The notes beneath the pieces are model-generated. The model saw only the letters and a list, made by a program, of their open reading frames with translations. It did not search any database and had not been told where the DNA came from. This document shows positions 49,387 through 58,656 of a stretch of 64,000 nucleotides of DNA, piece after piece. Source of the stretch: an uncultured Actinomycetota bacterium (GTDB lineage: Bacteria; Actinomycetota; Actinomycetes; Actinomycetales; CAWJMD01). The translations under genes were made by a program, and so were the position numbers. Each line of letters opens with the position of its first letter. The stretch's first letter is position 1. Location of the stretch: the NCBI GenBank assembly GCA_963825505.1, contig CAWGTL010000010.1, positions 64,080 to 128,079 on the forward strand, in the 5' to 3' direction.

Positions 49387-49730
49387 GCCCGGTCGCGGGG
49401 GTCTCCGGCGTCTCGGGCGTGGGCGGTTCGTCGGCGATGAGCGCCGTCACCGCCGCGACCCGCGTGCTCGGGGCGCAGTCCACCGGTGCGAGCGAGGGCG
49501 CCACCCAGGCCGGCTCGTTCGCCGCCACGCTCACCCGTCACCTCGACGGCGTGCAGCAGCTCCAGGGCACCGCCGACTCGCTGGCCGTCCAGGCCGCGAC
49601 CGGTGACCTCACCGACGTGCACGACTACATGATCGCGGCCACGCAGGCGCAGGTGGCCACCGAGCTCACCGTCGCCGTGCGCAACAAGGCCGTCGACGCC
49701 TTCAACGAGATCATGAGGATGCAGGCCTGA
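49383..49730 (+). CDS. fliE: Flagellar hook-basal body complex protein FliE
   Basis: GTG 49383 overlaps the flgC stop (GTGA). C-terminus [37 protein letters not shown]. Confidence 0.85.
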   Translation: MSPVAGVSGVSGVGGSSAMSAVTAATRVLGAQSTGASEGATQAGSFAATLTRHLDGVQQLQGTADSLAVQAATGDLTDVHDYMIAATQAQVATELTVAVRNKAVDAFNEIMRMQA

Positions 49731-51316
49731 TGCAGCAGCGACTCGTCGGGGCGCTCCGTGGCGCCGGTTCGACGTTCTCCCAGTTCAGCACCCCCCAGAA
49801 GCTGATCGCCGCCATCGGCATCGGCGTCCTGGTGCTCGGCGGCGCCGCGTTCATGCGGTGGGCCAGCACGCCGACGCTGCAGCCGCTGTTCACCAACCTC
49901 GCGGCCAGCGACGCCAGCGCGATCGTCGACCAGCTCGACTCCCAGGGCGTGCGGTACGAGCTCGCCGACGGGGGCAGCAGCGTCCTGGTCCCCCGCGAGG
50001 ACGTGTACCGGATGCGGCTGGCGATGTCGTCGGCCGGCCTGCCGTCGAGCACCGACTCCGGCTACTCGCTGCTCGACGAGCAGGGCGTGACCGCCTCGCA
50101 GTTCCAGCAGCAGGTGACCTGGCAGCGCGCCCTGCAGGGGGAGCTCGCCCGCACGATCAGCTCGATCGACGGCGTGGAGGCCGCGACGGTCAACCTCGCC
50201 ATCCCGGCCAAGGACGTGTTCCTGGACGAGACCGCGGCGCCGACGGGCTCGGTGCTGGTCGAGACGAGCCCGGGTGCCGACCTGCCGGCTCAGCAGGTGC
50301 AGTCGATCGTCCACCTCGTCGCCTCGAGCGTCGAGAACCTCTCTCCCGACGACGTGACCGTGGTCGACGGTGAGGGCCGCCTCCTGTCGGCGGCCGGTTC
50401 CGGCGGTGGCGCGGCCGGCGGCCTGCGCGACCAGCAGACCAGCGACTACGAGAGCCGCGTGTCGGCCGCCCTGCAGGGTGTGCTCGACCGGGTCGTGGGT
50501 GCCGGCAACGGCTTCGCGACGGTGACGGCCGACCTCGACTTCGACGCGGTGGACCGCACGTCCGAGACGTTCTCGGCCCCCGAGGACACCCCGCCCCTGT
50601 CGTCCAGCACCACCTCGGAGGAGTACACCGGCGGCGGCGCGGCGGCGGGTGGCGTGCTCGGCCCCGACAACATCCAGGTGCCGTCCGGCACCGCCGCGGG
50701 CTCGGACTCCAGCTACACCAAGACGGCCACGACCGAGAACAACTCGGTGAACAAGGTGACCGAGCGCACCACGCAGGCGCCGGGATCGCTGACGCGCCAG
50801 TCGGTCTCGGTGGTCGTCAACAGCCGGGCCGTCGGCGACCTCGACATCACGGCGCTGCGCGAGGCCGTGACGGCCGCCGCCGGCGTCGACGAGGAGCGCG
50901 GGGACGTGCTGTCGGTGGCGCGGATGCCGTTCGACACCACCACGGCCGAGGCGGCCACGGAGGCTCTCGGCGCCGCGAAGGCGGAGGCGGCGGCGGAGCA
51001 GCGCAGCGAGCTGGTCCGCACCGGCGCCATCGCCGCGGCTGTCCTGCTCCTCGCGGTGGTCGCGTTCCTGGTGTCGCGCAAGCGTCGTCGTCGCAACCCG
51101 CAGCCGGTGGACCTCGGCGAGATGCGCGTCCTGGGGCGGGACGGCCAGCGCGAGCTGGACTGGATCGACGAGGGCGCCGACCCACGCTCGATGCTGCCGC
51201 GCCAGCGGACCGGCGAGGCCGCGGACCGCCGCAACGAGGTGATCGAGCTCGTCGAGCGCCAGCCCGACGACGTCGCCGAGCTGCTCCGCGGCTGGCTCGC
51301 CGACCGGAGGGCCTGA
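49730..51316 (+). CDS. fliF: Flagellar M-ring protein FliF
   Basis: 528-aa ORF reading PLFTNLAASDASAIVDQLDSQGVRYEL...GYSLLDEQG; C-terminal TM segment. Confidence 0.93.
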   Translation: MQQRLVGALRGAGSTFSQFSTPQKLIAAIGIGVLVLGGAAFMRWASTPTLQPLFTNLAASDASAIVDQLDSQGVRYELADGGSSVLVPREDVYRMRLAMSSAGLPSSTDSGYSLLDEQGVTASQFQQQVTWQRALQGELARTISSIDGVEAATVNLAIPAKDVFLDETAAPTGSVLVETSPGADLPAQQVQSIVHLVASSVENLSPDDVTVVDGEGRLLSAAGSGGGAAGGLRDQQTSDYESRVSAALQGVLDRVVGAGNGFATVTADLDFDAVDRTSETFSAPEDTPPLSSSTTSEEYTGGGAAAGGVLGPDNIQVPSGTAAGSDSSYTKTATTENNSVNKVTERTTQAPGSLTRQSVSVVVNSRAVGDLDITALREAVTAAAGVDEERGDVLSVARMPFDTTTAEAATEALGAAKAEAAAEQRSELVRTGAIAAAVLLLAVVAFLVSRKRRRRNPQPVDLGEMRVLGRDGQRELDWIDEGADPRSMLPRQRTGEAADRRNEVIELVERQPDDVAELLRGWLADRRA

Positions 51317-52347
51317 TGACCCTCGAGCTGCACGAGCAGACTCTCACCGGCAGCCAGCGTGCCGCGATCCTGCTGGTGAACCTGGGGCGCGAGAACGCGT
51401 CCCGGGTGCTGGCCTCGATGTCCGAGACCGAGGTCGAGGAGATCTCGGCCGAGATCGTCAAGCTCGGCACCGTCGACCCGCTCCTGGTCGCCCACGTCCT
51501 CGAGGAGGTCGCGGTCCAGATGGGTACCGGCGCGAACGGCGCCGGCCGGGGCGGGGTCCTCGTGGCCCGCGAGCTGCTCGAGGGCTCGCTCGGTGCGCGC
51601 CGCGCGGAGACCGTCATGGAGCGGATCGCCAAGGCGCCGAGCCCCCAGCCGTTCGCCTTCCTGCGCGAGGCCGACCCGCGCCAGCTGCAGAACTTCCTGG
51701 CGACCGAGCACCCGCAGACGATCGCGCTGGTGCTGGTGCACCTGCGTCCGGACCAGGCCTCGACGGTGCTGGGTGCGCTCGACGCCGAGACCGGCGCCGA
51801 CGTGGCGCACCGGATCGCCGTGATGGACCGCACGACGCCGGAGATGGTCCGCGTGGTGGCCGAGGTCCTGCACCGTCGGACGTCGTCGGTGCTGGCACCG
51901 GTGCAGGAGAGCGTGGTCGGCGGTCTGCAGCCGCTCGTCGACATCATCAACCGCGCGGACCCGAGCACCGAGAAGCTCATCCTCGAGGGCCTCGACGAGC
52001 GCGACCAGGTGATCGCCGAGCAGGTCCGCAGCCGCATGTTCGTCTTCGACGACATCATCGGGCTCGAGGACCGGGCGGTGCAGCTGGTGCTGCGCGCCGT
52101 GGAGACCAGCGTGCTGGCGAAGGCGCTCAAGGGCGCCCAGCAGGTCGTGCACGACAAGGTCACGTCGAACGTGTCCGAGCGCGCCCGCGAGACGTTGCTC
52201 GAGGAGATCGACCTGCTCGGCCGCGTGCGCCTCAGCGAGGTCGAGGAGGCACGGGCGTCGGTCGTGGCGGCCATCCGCACCCTCGAGGCGACCGGCGAGA
52301 TCGTCCTGCGCCGGGGTGGCGACGACGACGACGAGTACGTCGGATGA
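51316..52347 (+). CDS. fliG: Flagellar motor switch protein FliG
   Basis: 343-aa ORF reading GSQRAAILLVNLG...EHPQTIALVL...MFVFDDI...LEATGEIV. Confidence 0.95.
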   Translation: MTLELHEQTLTGSQRAAILLVNLGRENASRVLASMSETEVEEISAEIVKLGTVDPLLVAHVLEEVAVQMGTGANGAGRGGVLVARELLEGSLGARRAETVMERIAKAPSPQPFAFLREADPRQLQNFLATEHPQTIALVLVHLRPDQASTVLGALDAETGADVAHRIAVMDRTTPEMVRVVAEVLHRRTSSVLAPVQESVVGGLQPLVDIINRADPSTEKLILEGLDERDQVIAEQVRSRMFVFDDIIGLEDRAVQLVLRAVETSVLAKALKGAQQVVHDKVTSNVSERARETLLEEIDLLGRVRLSEVEEARASVVAAIRTLEATGEIVLRRGGDDDDEYVG

Positions 52348-52922
52348 GCGCAGCCACCACGGTGCACGGCACGACCGGCACCGCCGAGCGTGAGCGCGCC
52401 GCCGCCCGCGCGAGCGGCTACGCCGCCGGCTGGGCCAGCGGGGCGCAGGCGGCGCACGCCACCGCCCGCACCCGGCTCGACGAGCAGGTCGCCCTGCTCG
52501 AGCAGGCTCGCGAGGACGAGCTCGCCCGGCTGGCCGCGGCGCGCTCCGCGCTCGAGCGTGCCGTCGCGCAGGCGGCGGTGGCCGCCGTCCCCGCCGTCGA
52601 GGCGGTCGCGGACGCGGTGCTGGACGCCGCACTGCGACTGGCGGCGGCGGTGCTCGGTCACGAAACGCTCGCCTCCGCCGAACCGGGCCGCGACGCGCTG
52701 CGCCGCGCCCTCCTGACGACTCCCTCCGTCACCACCGCCAGCGTGCGGCTGCACCCTGCCGACGCCGCCACGCTCGCCGCGGCCGACGTCCCGGCAGGAG
52801 TCACCGTCGTCGCGGACCCGGCTGTGGCGCAGGGTGACTCGGTCCTCCAGCACGCGCACGGCACGGTCGAGGTCATGCTCCAGGCGGCCGTCGAGCGGGC
52901 CCGGGCGGAGCTGCGCGGATGA
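52344..52922 (+). CDS. fliH: Flagellar assembly protein FliH
   Basis: 192-aa Ala-rich ORF between fliG and fliI, with ATGA overlaps on both sides. Confidence 0.75.
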   Translation: MSAATTVHGTTGTAERERAAARASGYAAGWASGAQAAHATARTRLDEQVALLEQAREDELARLAAARSALERAVAQAAVAAVPAVEAVADAVLDAALRLAAAVLGHETLASAEPGRDALRRALLTTPSVTTASVRLHPADAATLAAADVPAGVTVVADPAVAQGDSVLQHAHGTVEVMLQAAVERARAELRG

Positions 52923-54241
52923 CCGTGAACTTCGCGTCGCGCCTCGAGCTGGCCGAGCGCGCGTGCCGTCCCGAGCGTGTAGGCGTCGTGCGCTCGGCCG
53001 TCGGGCTCTCGCTCGACGTCGCGGGCGTCGAGGCCGCCGTCGGCGACCTCGTCACCGTGTCCGGCCCGGACGGCGACGTGGCGGCCGAGGTCGTGGCGGT
53101 GCAGCCCGACGGCGTCCGCTGCATGCCGCTCGCGCACCCGGTGGGTCTGCGCGCGGGGCTCCCCGTGCGGCTCACCGGCGCCCCGCTGCGGGTGCCGGTC
53201 GGCGGCGCGCTGCTCGGCCGCGTGCTCGACGGACTGGGCCGTCCGGTCGACGGCCGCGGCCCGGTCGTGGGCGCGCAGATGGTCGAGGTGCACGGCACCC
53301 CGCCGAACCCGCTGCTGCGTGGGCGCGTCTCCCAGCCGCTGCCTCTCGGCGTGCGCGCGCTCGACACCCTCGTTCCCGCCGGCCGCGGCCAGCGCTTCGG
53401 GCTGTTCGCCGGCTCCGGCGTCGGCAAGTCGAGCCTGCTGTCGATGGTCGCCCGCGGCACCACCGCCGACGTCGTCGTGCTCGCCCTCATCGGGGAGCGC
53501 GGTCGCGAGGTGCGCGAGTTCCTCGAGGACGACCTGGGGGCCGAGGGCCTGGCCCGCAGCGTCGTCGTGGTCGCCACCTCGGACGAGCCGGCCCTGGTCC
53601 GCCTTCGCGCCGCGATGACCGCCACCCGGATCGCCGAGCACTACCGCGACCAGGGGCTCGACGTCGTGCTGATGATGGACTCGCTCACCCGGTTCTGCAT
53701 GGCGCAGAGGGAGATCGGGCTGTCGGCGGGGGAGCCGCCGGCCACCCGGGGCTACCCACCGTCGACCTTCGCGATGCTCCCGCGCCTGCTCGAGCGCGCG
53801 GGCCCGGGGGTCGTCGGCTCGATCACCGGCATCTACACCGTCCTGGTCGACGGCGACGACCACGACGAACCCGTCGCTGACGCCGCCCGCTCGATCCTCG
53901 ACGGCCACGTCGTCCTGGACCGCAGGCTCGCCACGGCCGGGCACTTCCCGAGCATCGACGTCCTCGGCTCGGTGTCGCGCGTCGCGACCCGCGTCACCAC
54001 CGCCGAGCAGCGCGACGCGGCGACCGTCGTGCGCCGGGCGATGGCGGCGCGTCGCGACGTGCAGGACCTGCTCGACGTCGGGGCGTACGTCACCGGCACC
54101 AACCCGACCGTCGACGCCGCGCTGGCCGCCTGGCCCGCGGTCGAGGACTTCCTGCAGCAGCCGGTGGAGCGCGTCGCAGGCTCCGACGAGTCGTGGGCCC
54201 GGCTGCACCACCTCGCGTCGGTCCTCGGGGGTGCCCGGTGA
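52919..54241 (+). CDS. fliI: Flagellum-specific ATPase FliI
   Basis: Walker A GSGVGKSSL and Walker B VVLMMDSLTRF; 440 aa. Confidence 0.95.
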   Translation: MTVNFASRLELAERACRPERVGVVRSAVGLSLDVAGVEAAVGDLVTVSGPDGDVAAEVVAVQPDGVRCMPLAHPVGLRAGLPVRLTGAPLRVPVGGALLGRVLDGLGRPVDGRGPVVGAQMVEVHGTPPNPLLRGRVSQPLPLGVRALDTLVPAGRGQRFGLFAGSGVGKSSLLSMVARGTTADVVVLALIGERGREVREFLEDDLGAEGLARSVVVVATSDEPALVRLRAAMTATRIAEHYRDQGLDVVLMMDSLTRFCMAQREIGLSAGEPPATRGYPPSTFAMLPRLLERAGPGVVGSITGIYTVLVDGDDHDEPVADAARSILDGHVVLDRRLATAGHFPSIDVLGSVSRVATRVTTAEQRDAATVVRRAMAARRDVQDLLDVGAYVTGTNPTVDAALAAWPAVEDFLQQPVERVAGSDESWARLHHLASVLGGAR

Positions 54242-54666
54242 ACGGGTTCCGGCTCGCCGGCCTGCTCCGGCTGCGCAAGCTGCAGCAGGACCACGCCGCC
54301 GCCGACCTCGCCCGGGCCAACGCCGCGAGCCGGACCGCGGCCGAGCTGGCCGTCCGTCGGCGGGAGGCGCTGGCGGCCCACCGGATGCCGGACGAGACCG
54401 GTGCCCTGGCGTTCACCGCGGCCGCAGCAGCGCGTGCCGCACTCAGCACCGCGGGCATCGAGTCCGCCGAGCACGCTGCGACCGCTGCGCAGGAGGCCGG
54501 CCAGGCCACCGACGCGTGGAACGTGGCCCGCGCCCGGAGTCGCGCCCTGGAGCACCTCGAGGAGCGCTTCGTCGAGGGCGTCGTGCGGGCCGGCCGTGAC
54601 GCGGAGCAACGGCGACTCGACGAGCACAGCAGCCGCAGACCGCGCCCGGGCGGTGAGGCGCCGTGA
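54238..54666 (+). CDS. fliJ: Flagellar export protein FliJ (by position and coiled-coil character)
   Basis: GTG 54238 overlaps the fliI stop. 142-aa helical protein (LRLRKLQQDHAAADLARA...). Confidence 0.6.
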   Translation: MNGFRLAGLLRLRKLQQDHAAADLARANAASRTAAELAVRRREALAAHRMPDETGALAFTAAAAARAALSTAGIESAEHAATAAQEAGQATDAWNVARARSRALEHLEERFVEGVVRAGRDAEQRRLDEHSSRRPRPGGEAP

Positions 54667-55667
54667 ACGGCCTGCTCGCAGTGCAGTCCCGCATCGCCGA
54701 GCTGCAGGGACGGATCGAGCAGCTCAACCCCGCGCGCACGACCAGCGCGACCTCGGTGTCGAGCCTGCAGTTCGCGGGTGCGCTCACTTCGGCGCTCGGC
54801 AGCACGGGCCCCGACGGCGTGGGCTCCACGCCGGGCACGACGGCCTCCGGCGGTGCGACCGGCGAGGCGCTGGTGGAGTCGGCCAGGAAGTACCTCGGCG
54901 TGCCCTACCAGTGGGGAGGCACCGACCCGGCCACGGGCCTGGACTGCTCCGCACTGGTGCAGCGCGCGATGAAGGACCTCGGCGTCGACGTCCCGCGCGT
55001 CGTGGCCGACCAGCGCCATCTGGGCACCGAGGTGCCCAGCCTGGCCCAGGCGCGCCCCGGCGACCTCGTCGTCCTCGGCGGGAGCAGGCACATCGGGATC
55101 TACGTGGGCGACGGCAAGATGCTGCACGCGCCGAAGACCGGTGACGTCGTGCGGATCGGCTCGGTCTACGAGACCCCCACCTCGATCCGGCGGGTGCTCC
55201 CGCAGTCCTCGGCGCCGTCCGTCTCGTCCGCGTCGTGGCCCTCGGCGGCGAGCGTCGCTTCCGGTTCCGGTGCCGGCATCTCCGCGGCGGTGCGGCGCTA
55301 CGAGCCGCTGTTCGCGCAGGCGACGGCCACGTACGGCCTGCCACCGGGCCTGCTCGCGGCGGTCGCCCAGGTGGAGTCGGCCGGCAACCCCTCCGCCGTC
55401 AGCCACGCCGGCGCGCAGGGCCTGATGCAGCTGATGCCCGCCACGGCGAAAGGGCTCGGCGTGAACGCGCTCGACCCGGCGCAGGCGGTGGACGGTGCGG
55501 CCCGGTTGCTGAAGGGCCACCTCGGCTCGTTCGGCTCGCTCGAGCTGGCGCTCGCGGCGTACAACGCCGGCCCGGGTGCGGTGCGCCGCTACGACGGCGT
55601 GCCGCCCTACGCCGAGACGCAGTCGTACGTGCGCAAGGTCGGCGCACTTCTCGGCGGTGTGCGATGA
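54663..55667 (+). CDS. Bifunctional peptidoglycan hydrolase: NlpC/P60 endopeptidase + SLT lytic transglycosylase (FlgJ-like role)
   Basis: YLGVPYQWGGTDPATGLDCSALVQ...HIGIYVGDGKMLHAP (NlpC/P60), then AVAQVESAGNPSAVSHAGAQGLMQLMPATA...AAYNAGPGAV (SLT). Coupled to fliJ and fliK by overlapping stop and start codons. Confidence 0.85.
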   Translation: MNGLLAVQSRIAELQGRIEQLNPARTTSATSVSSLQFAGALTSALGSTGPDGVGSTPGTTASGGATGEALVESARKYLGVPYQWGGTDPATGLDCSALVQRAMKDLGVDVPRVVADQRHLGTEVPSLAQARPGDLVVLGGSRHIGIYVGDGKMLHAPKTGDVVRIGSVYETPTSIRRVLPQSSAPSVSSASWPSAASVASGSGAGISAAVRRYEPLFAQATATYGLPPGLLAAVAQVESAGNPSAVSHAGAQGLMQLMPATAKGLGVNALDPAQAVDGAARLLKGHLGSFGSLELALAAYNAGPGAVRRYDGVPPYAETQSYVRKVGALLGGVR

Positions 55668-56824
55668 GCGTGCCCACGCTGGCCTCTCTGCCCACCTCCG
55701 CGCCCGCACGCGGGACGGCAGCGCCGTCCGGCGCGCGTCGTGACCACTCCGGTCAGGACGCAGGCGTCGCAGGCGATTTCGCTGCCGTGCTCGAGGCAAC
55801 CAGCTCGATCGCCTCCGCCGAGGACGTGACCGTCACCGAGGGGTCGACGGGCGACACCGAGACGACCACCGGGGCCGTGGCTCCCACCGGCGCCGTGCTC
55901 GGCAGCCCGGTCGTGCCGGTCGTCGTGCCGCCGGTGCCCGTGCCGCCGGTGCCCGTGCCGCCGGCGCCCGTGCCGGCCGACGAGGCGCTCGCGTCGTCCG
56001 GCCCCGAGCTCGTGACCCCGGCGCCGGCCACCCTGCCGGACGTGGCCCCGACCCCGGACAGCAGCCCCGCTGCCGCCGAGTTCGTCGCACCAGCTGTGGC
56101 CGCCGGACCCGTTGCCGCGCAGGCCGTCCCGTCCACCGCAACCTCCTCGCCGCCGTCCGAGGAGCGTGCGGCGGGCGGCGCCGCCCCCCAGGACGGGCGG
56201 GGCGCGCAGCCGGGACCAGCCGCGGGCGCGACGCCGTTCCCCGCGCCGGCCCCGGAGGCGACGGCCACCATCGGTGCGTCGACGAGTCTGCCCGAGCCGC
56301 AGCCCGTTTCGCTGCCGGCCCCGACCACCGGTCCCGCTGCTCCAGCCGCCGCAGCCGCCGTGCGCACGCTCGACACCGGCCAGGCTCCGGCTGCCCCGGC
56401 CGTCCCGCACACACCTGTGGTGGTGCCGCTCGCGACGCAGCTGGCACCGCGCGTCAGCAGCCTGCGCGCCCTCGGTGAGGGTGTGCACCGGCTGGTGATG
56501 CGGGTGCAGCCGGAGGAGATCGGTTCGGTCCGCGTTGTCGCCGAGATCACCTCGGACAGAGTGCGGATCGAGCTCCACGGCGGCACCGAGCAGGCCCGGG
56601 AGGCACTCCGAGCGGCCCTGCCCGACCTGCGGCGCGACCTGCTCGGCACGGACCCGCCGGGCACGCGCGCGGAGCTCGACCTGGGCTCCGCCGGGCGCCA
56701 GCCGGGACGCGACCGCGGCCGTCCGGGGACATCCGGCGAGCCACCCGGCCCGGACGGCGTGCCCGCACCGGTGCAGCTCGTGCTGCCGCGCGCGGGCACT
56801 GGGCGTCTGGACGTCGTGACGTGA
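55664..56824 (+). CDS. fliK: Flagellar hook-length control protein FliK
   Basis: ATG 55664 is in frame in ORF 55235..56824. Pro-rich linker; C-terminal LVMRVQPEEIGSVRVVAEITSDRVRIELHGGTEQAREAL. Confidence 0.8.
   Translation: MSVPTLASLPTSAPARGTAAPSGARRDHSGQDAGVAGDFAAVLEATSSIASAEDVTVTEGSTGDTETTTGAVAPTGAVLGSPVVPVVVPPVPVPPVPVPPAPVPADEALASSGPELVTPAPATLPDVAPTPDSSPAAAEFVAPAVAAGPVAAQAVPSTATSSPPSEERAAGGAAPQDGRGAQPGPAAGATPFPAPAPEATATIGASTSLPEPQPVSLPAPTTGPAAPAAAAAVRTLDTGQAPAAPAVPHTPVVVPLATQLAPRVSSLRALGEGVHRLVMRVQPEEIGSVRVVAEITSDRVRIELHGGTEQAREALRAALPDLRRDLLGTDPPGTRAELDLGSAGRQPGRDRGRPGTSGEPPGPDGVPAPVQLVLPRAGTGRLDVVT
55925..55978 (+). repeat. 15-bp tandem repeat GTGCCGCCGGTGCCC x3.6 encoding (VPPVP)n in FliK
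   Basis: Read directly. In-frame coding repeat in the Pro-rich linker. Confidence 0.8.
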
Positions 56825-56930
56825 TGCGTACCAACCGAACTGGTCGCACTTCTGGCTTGAGTCGGAAGGCGTGCGTGCCGACAACACCCCAGGGCGACCG
56901 AGGTGGTCACCCGCGACGAAGGAGGACGGC

Positions 56931-57368
56931 GTGCCGGTCGACGGCGTGATCACAGGCACTCCCATCAGCCAGGTCCTCGGGCAGAACGTGAACGGCACGT
57001 CCGGCCCGAAGAACGAGCTCGACAAGGACGCCTTCCTCAAGCTCCTCGTGGCGCAGCTGCGCTACCAGGACCCCACCGCCCCCATGGACACCTCGGCGTT
57101 CATGGCGCAGACGTCGCAGCTCACGAGCGTGGAGAAGCTCAGCGAGCTGGCCGAGACGACGCGGGCGTCCTTCGACGTCCAGCAACGTCTCGGCGCGGCG
57201 TCCCTCGTCGGCCGCCAGGTCTCCTGGACCGCCGAGGACGGCTCGACCTCCAGCGGCACGGTCTCCGCGGTGACGCTGCTGGGCACCACCCCTCTCCTGC
57301 GCGTCGGTGACACGGATGTCGCCCTCGACAAGGTGACCGCGGTCGTCGCGGGCACCGGCTCCGCCTGA
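56931..57368 (+). CDS. flgD: Flagellar hook assembly/capping protein FlgD
   Basis: GTG 56931 follows GAAGGAGGA. LDKDAFLKLLVAQLRYQDPTAPMD. Confidence 0.9.
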   Translation: MPVDGVITGTPISQVLGQNVNGTSGPKNELDKDAFLKLLVAQLRYQDPTAPMDTSAFMAQTSQLTSVEKLSELAETTRASFDVQQRLGAASLVGRQVSWTAEDGSTSSGTVSAVTLLGTTPLLRVGDTDVALDKVTAVVAGTGSA

Positions 57369-57465
57369 CGACCCTGCCTGACGGCTCAGCCAGACAACCG
57401 ATATCCACCACCACGCACCGGGCGCCCGAGGCGCCGCGAAGACACCCTTCGAGGAGGGACCCCCC

Positions 57466-58647
57466 ATGCTCCGTTCCCTGTTCTCCGGCATCAGCGGGCT
57501 GCGCTCGCACCAGACGATGATGGACGTCACCGGCAACAACATCGCCAACGTCAACACCAACGGCTTCAAGTCGTCCAGCACCCAGTTCCAGGACACCCTC
57601 AGCCAGCTGCTGCGCGCCGCCGGTGCACCGCAGGGCACCACGGCCGGCTCCAACCCCTCGCAGGTCGGGCTCGGCGTGCGGGTCGCGGGCGTCACCACGA
57701 ACTTCGGCCAGGGCTCGGCGCAGCAGACCGGCCGCAGCCTCGACCTGATGATCAACGGCGACGGCTTCTTCGTCACCCAGTCGGTCAACGAGACGCTCTA
57801 CACCCGCGCCGGCGCGCTGACCTTCGACGTCAACGGCACCCTGATCACCAGCGAGGGCTACAAGGTCCAGGGCTGGCAGGCCGACGCCTCGACCGGCGCG
57901 ATCAGCACCACCGGCGGCGTCGGCGACATCAAGCTGCCGATCAGCACGCTGATGCAGCCGCGCTCCACAGGCACCACGACGTTCGAGGGCAACCTGCCCG
58001 CCGACGCCGCGACCGGCACCACGCTCCCGGCCTCGATCGACGTCTACGACGCGCAGGGCACCCGCTCCACGCTGTCGGTGACCTTCCGCAAGGACGACGC
58101 CGACACCTGGTCGGTGCTCGAGGGTGCCACCGTCCTCGGCACGGTCGACTTCACCGGCGGCGGCGGCGCCCACACCACGACCCCGGCCACGCTGACCTCC
58201 GCGTCCGGCATCGACCTGGACCTGTCGACCGTCACCGGCTTCTCCGGCACGACGTCGATCAAGACCAGCGGCCAGGACGGCTACCAGGTCGGCAGCCTCA
58301 CCGCCTTCACCATCGGCCCGGACGGCGTCCTCACCGGCATCTTCAGCAACGGCCTGAAGCAGCCCGTCGCGCAGATCGCCACCGCGACGTTCGCCAACGT
58401 GGCGGGCCTGGAGAAGGCCGGCGGCTCGACCTACCGCACCACGGTCAACTCCGGCTCGGCCCGTGTCGGCGCCCCCGGTCTGGACGACCGCGGCGCCCTC
58501 TCCAGCGGCATGCTCGAGATGTCGAACGTCGACCTCGCCGCCGAGTTCACCAACCTGATCATCGCCCAGCGCGGTTTCCAGGCGAACTCGCGCGTCATCA
58601 CCTCCTCGGACGAGCTGCTCCAGGACCTGGTCAACCTCAAGCGCTGA
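57466..58647 (+). CDS. flgE: Flagellar hook protein FlgE
   Basis: 393-aa ORF reading MLRSLFSGISGLRSHQTMMDVTGNNIANVNTNGFK...LEMSNVDLAAEFTNLIIAQRGFQANSRVITSSDELLQDLVNLKR. Confidence 0.95.
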   Translation: MLRSLFSGISGLRSHQTMMDVTGNNIANVNTNGFKSSSTQFQDTLSQLLRAAGAPQGTTAGSNPSQVGLGVRVAGVTTNFGQGSAQQTGRSLDLMINGDGFFVTQSVNETLYTRAGALTFDVNGTLITSEGYKVQGWQADASTGAISTTGGVGDIKLPISTLMQPRSTGTTTFEGNLPADAATGTTLPASIDVYDAQGTRSTLSVTFRKDDADTWSVLEGATVLGTVDFTGGGGAHTTTPATLTSASGIDLDLSTVTGFSGTTSIKTSGQDGYQVGSLTAFTIGPDGVLTGIFSNGLKQPVAQIATATFANVAGLEKAGGSTYRTTVNSGSARVGAPGLDDRGALSSGMLEMSNVDLAAEFTNLIIAQRGFQANSRVITSSDELLQDLVNLKR

Positions 58648-58656
58648 CGCATCCCC

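Noticed and set aside
50713-52859. 639-aa and 670-aa minus-strand ORFs opposite fliF/fliG/fliH (and similar ones at 52658..54211 and 54090..55799)
   Set aside because: They are antisense to translationally coupled, motif-bearing flagellar genes. Their translations are Arg/Pro/Gly-rich with no recognisable domains.
55925-55978. Short direct repeats considered as a CRISPR-like array
   Set aside because: The 15-bp units are contiguous with no spacers and lie in frame within fliK, encoding a VPPVP linker. No cas genes or repeat-spacer architecture occur anywhere in the window.
57378-57404. Possible sigma-28 promoter upstream of flgE (ACCGATAT at 57397-57404; TCAG at 57386-57389)
   Set aside because: The TCAG is only 7 nt from the -10-like octamer, and the tetramer at the correct 15-nt spacing is CTGA. 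The geometry does not match the five strong sites, so flgE is probably read through from flgD.
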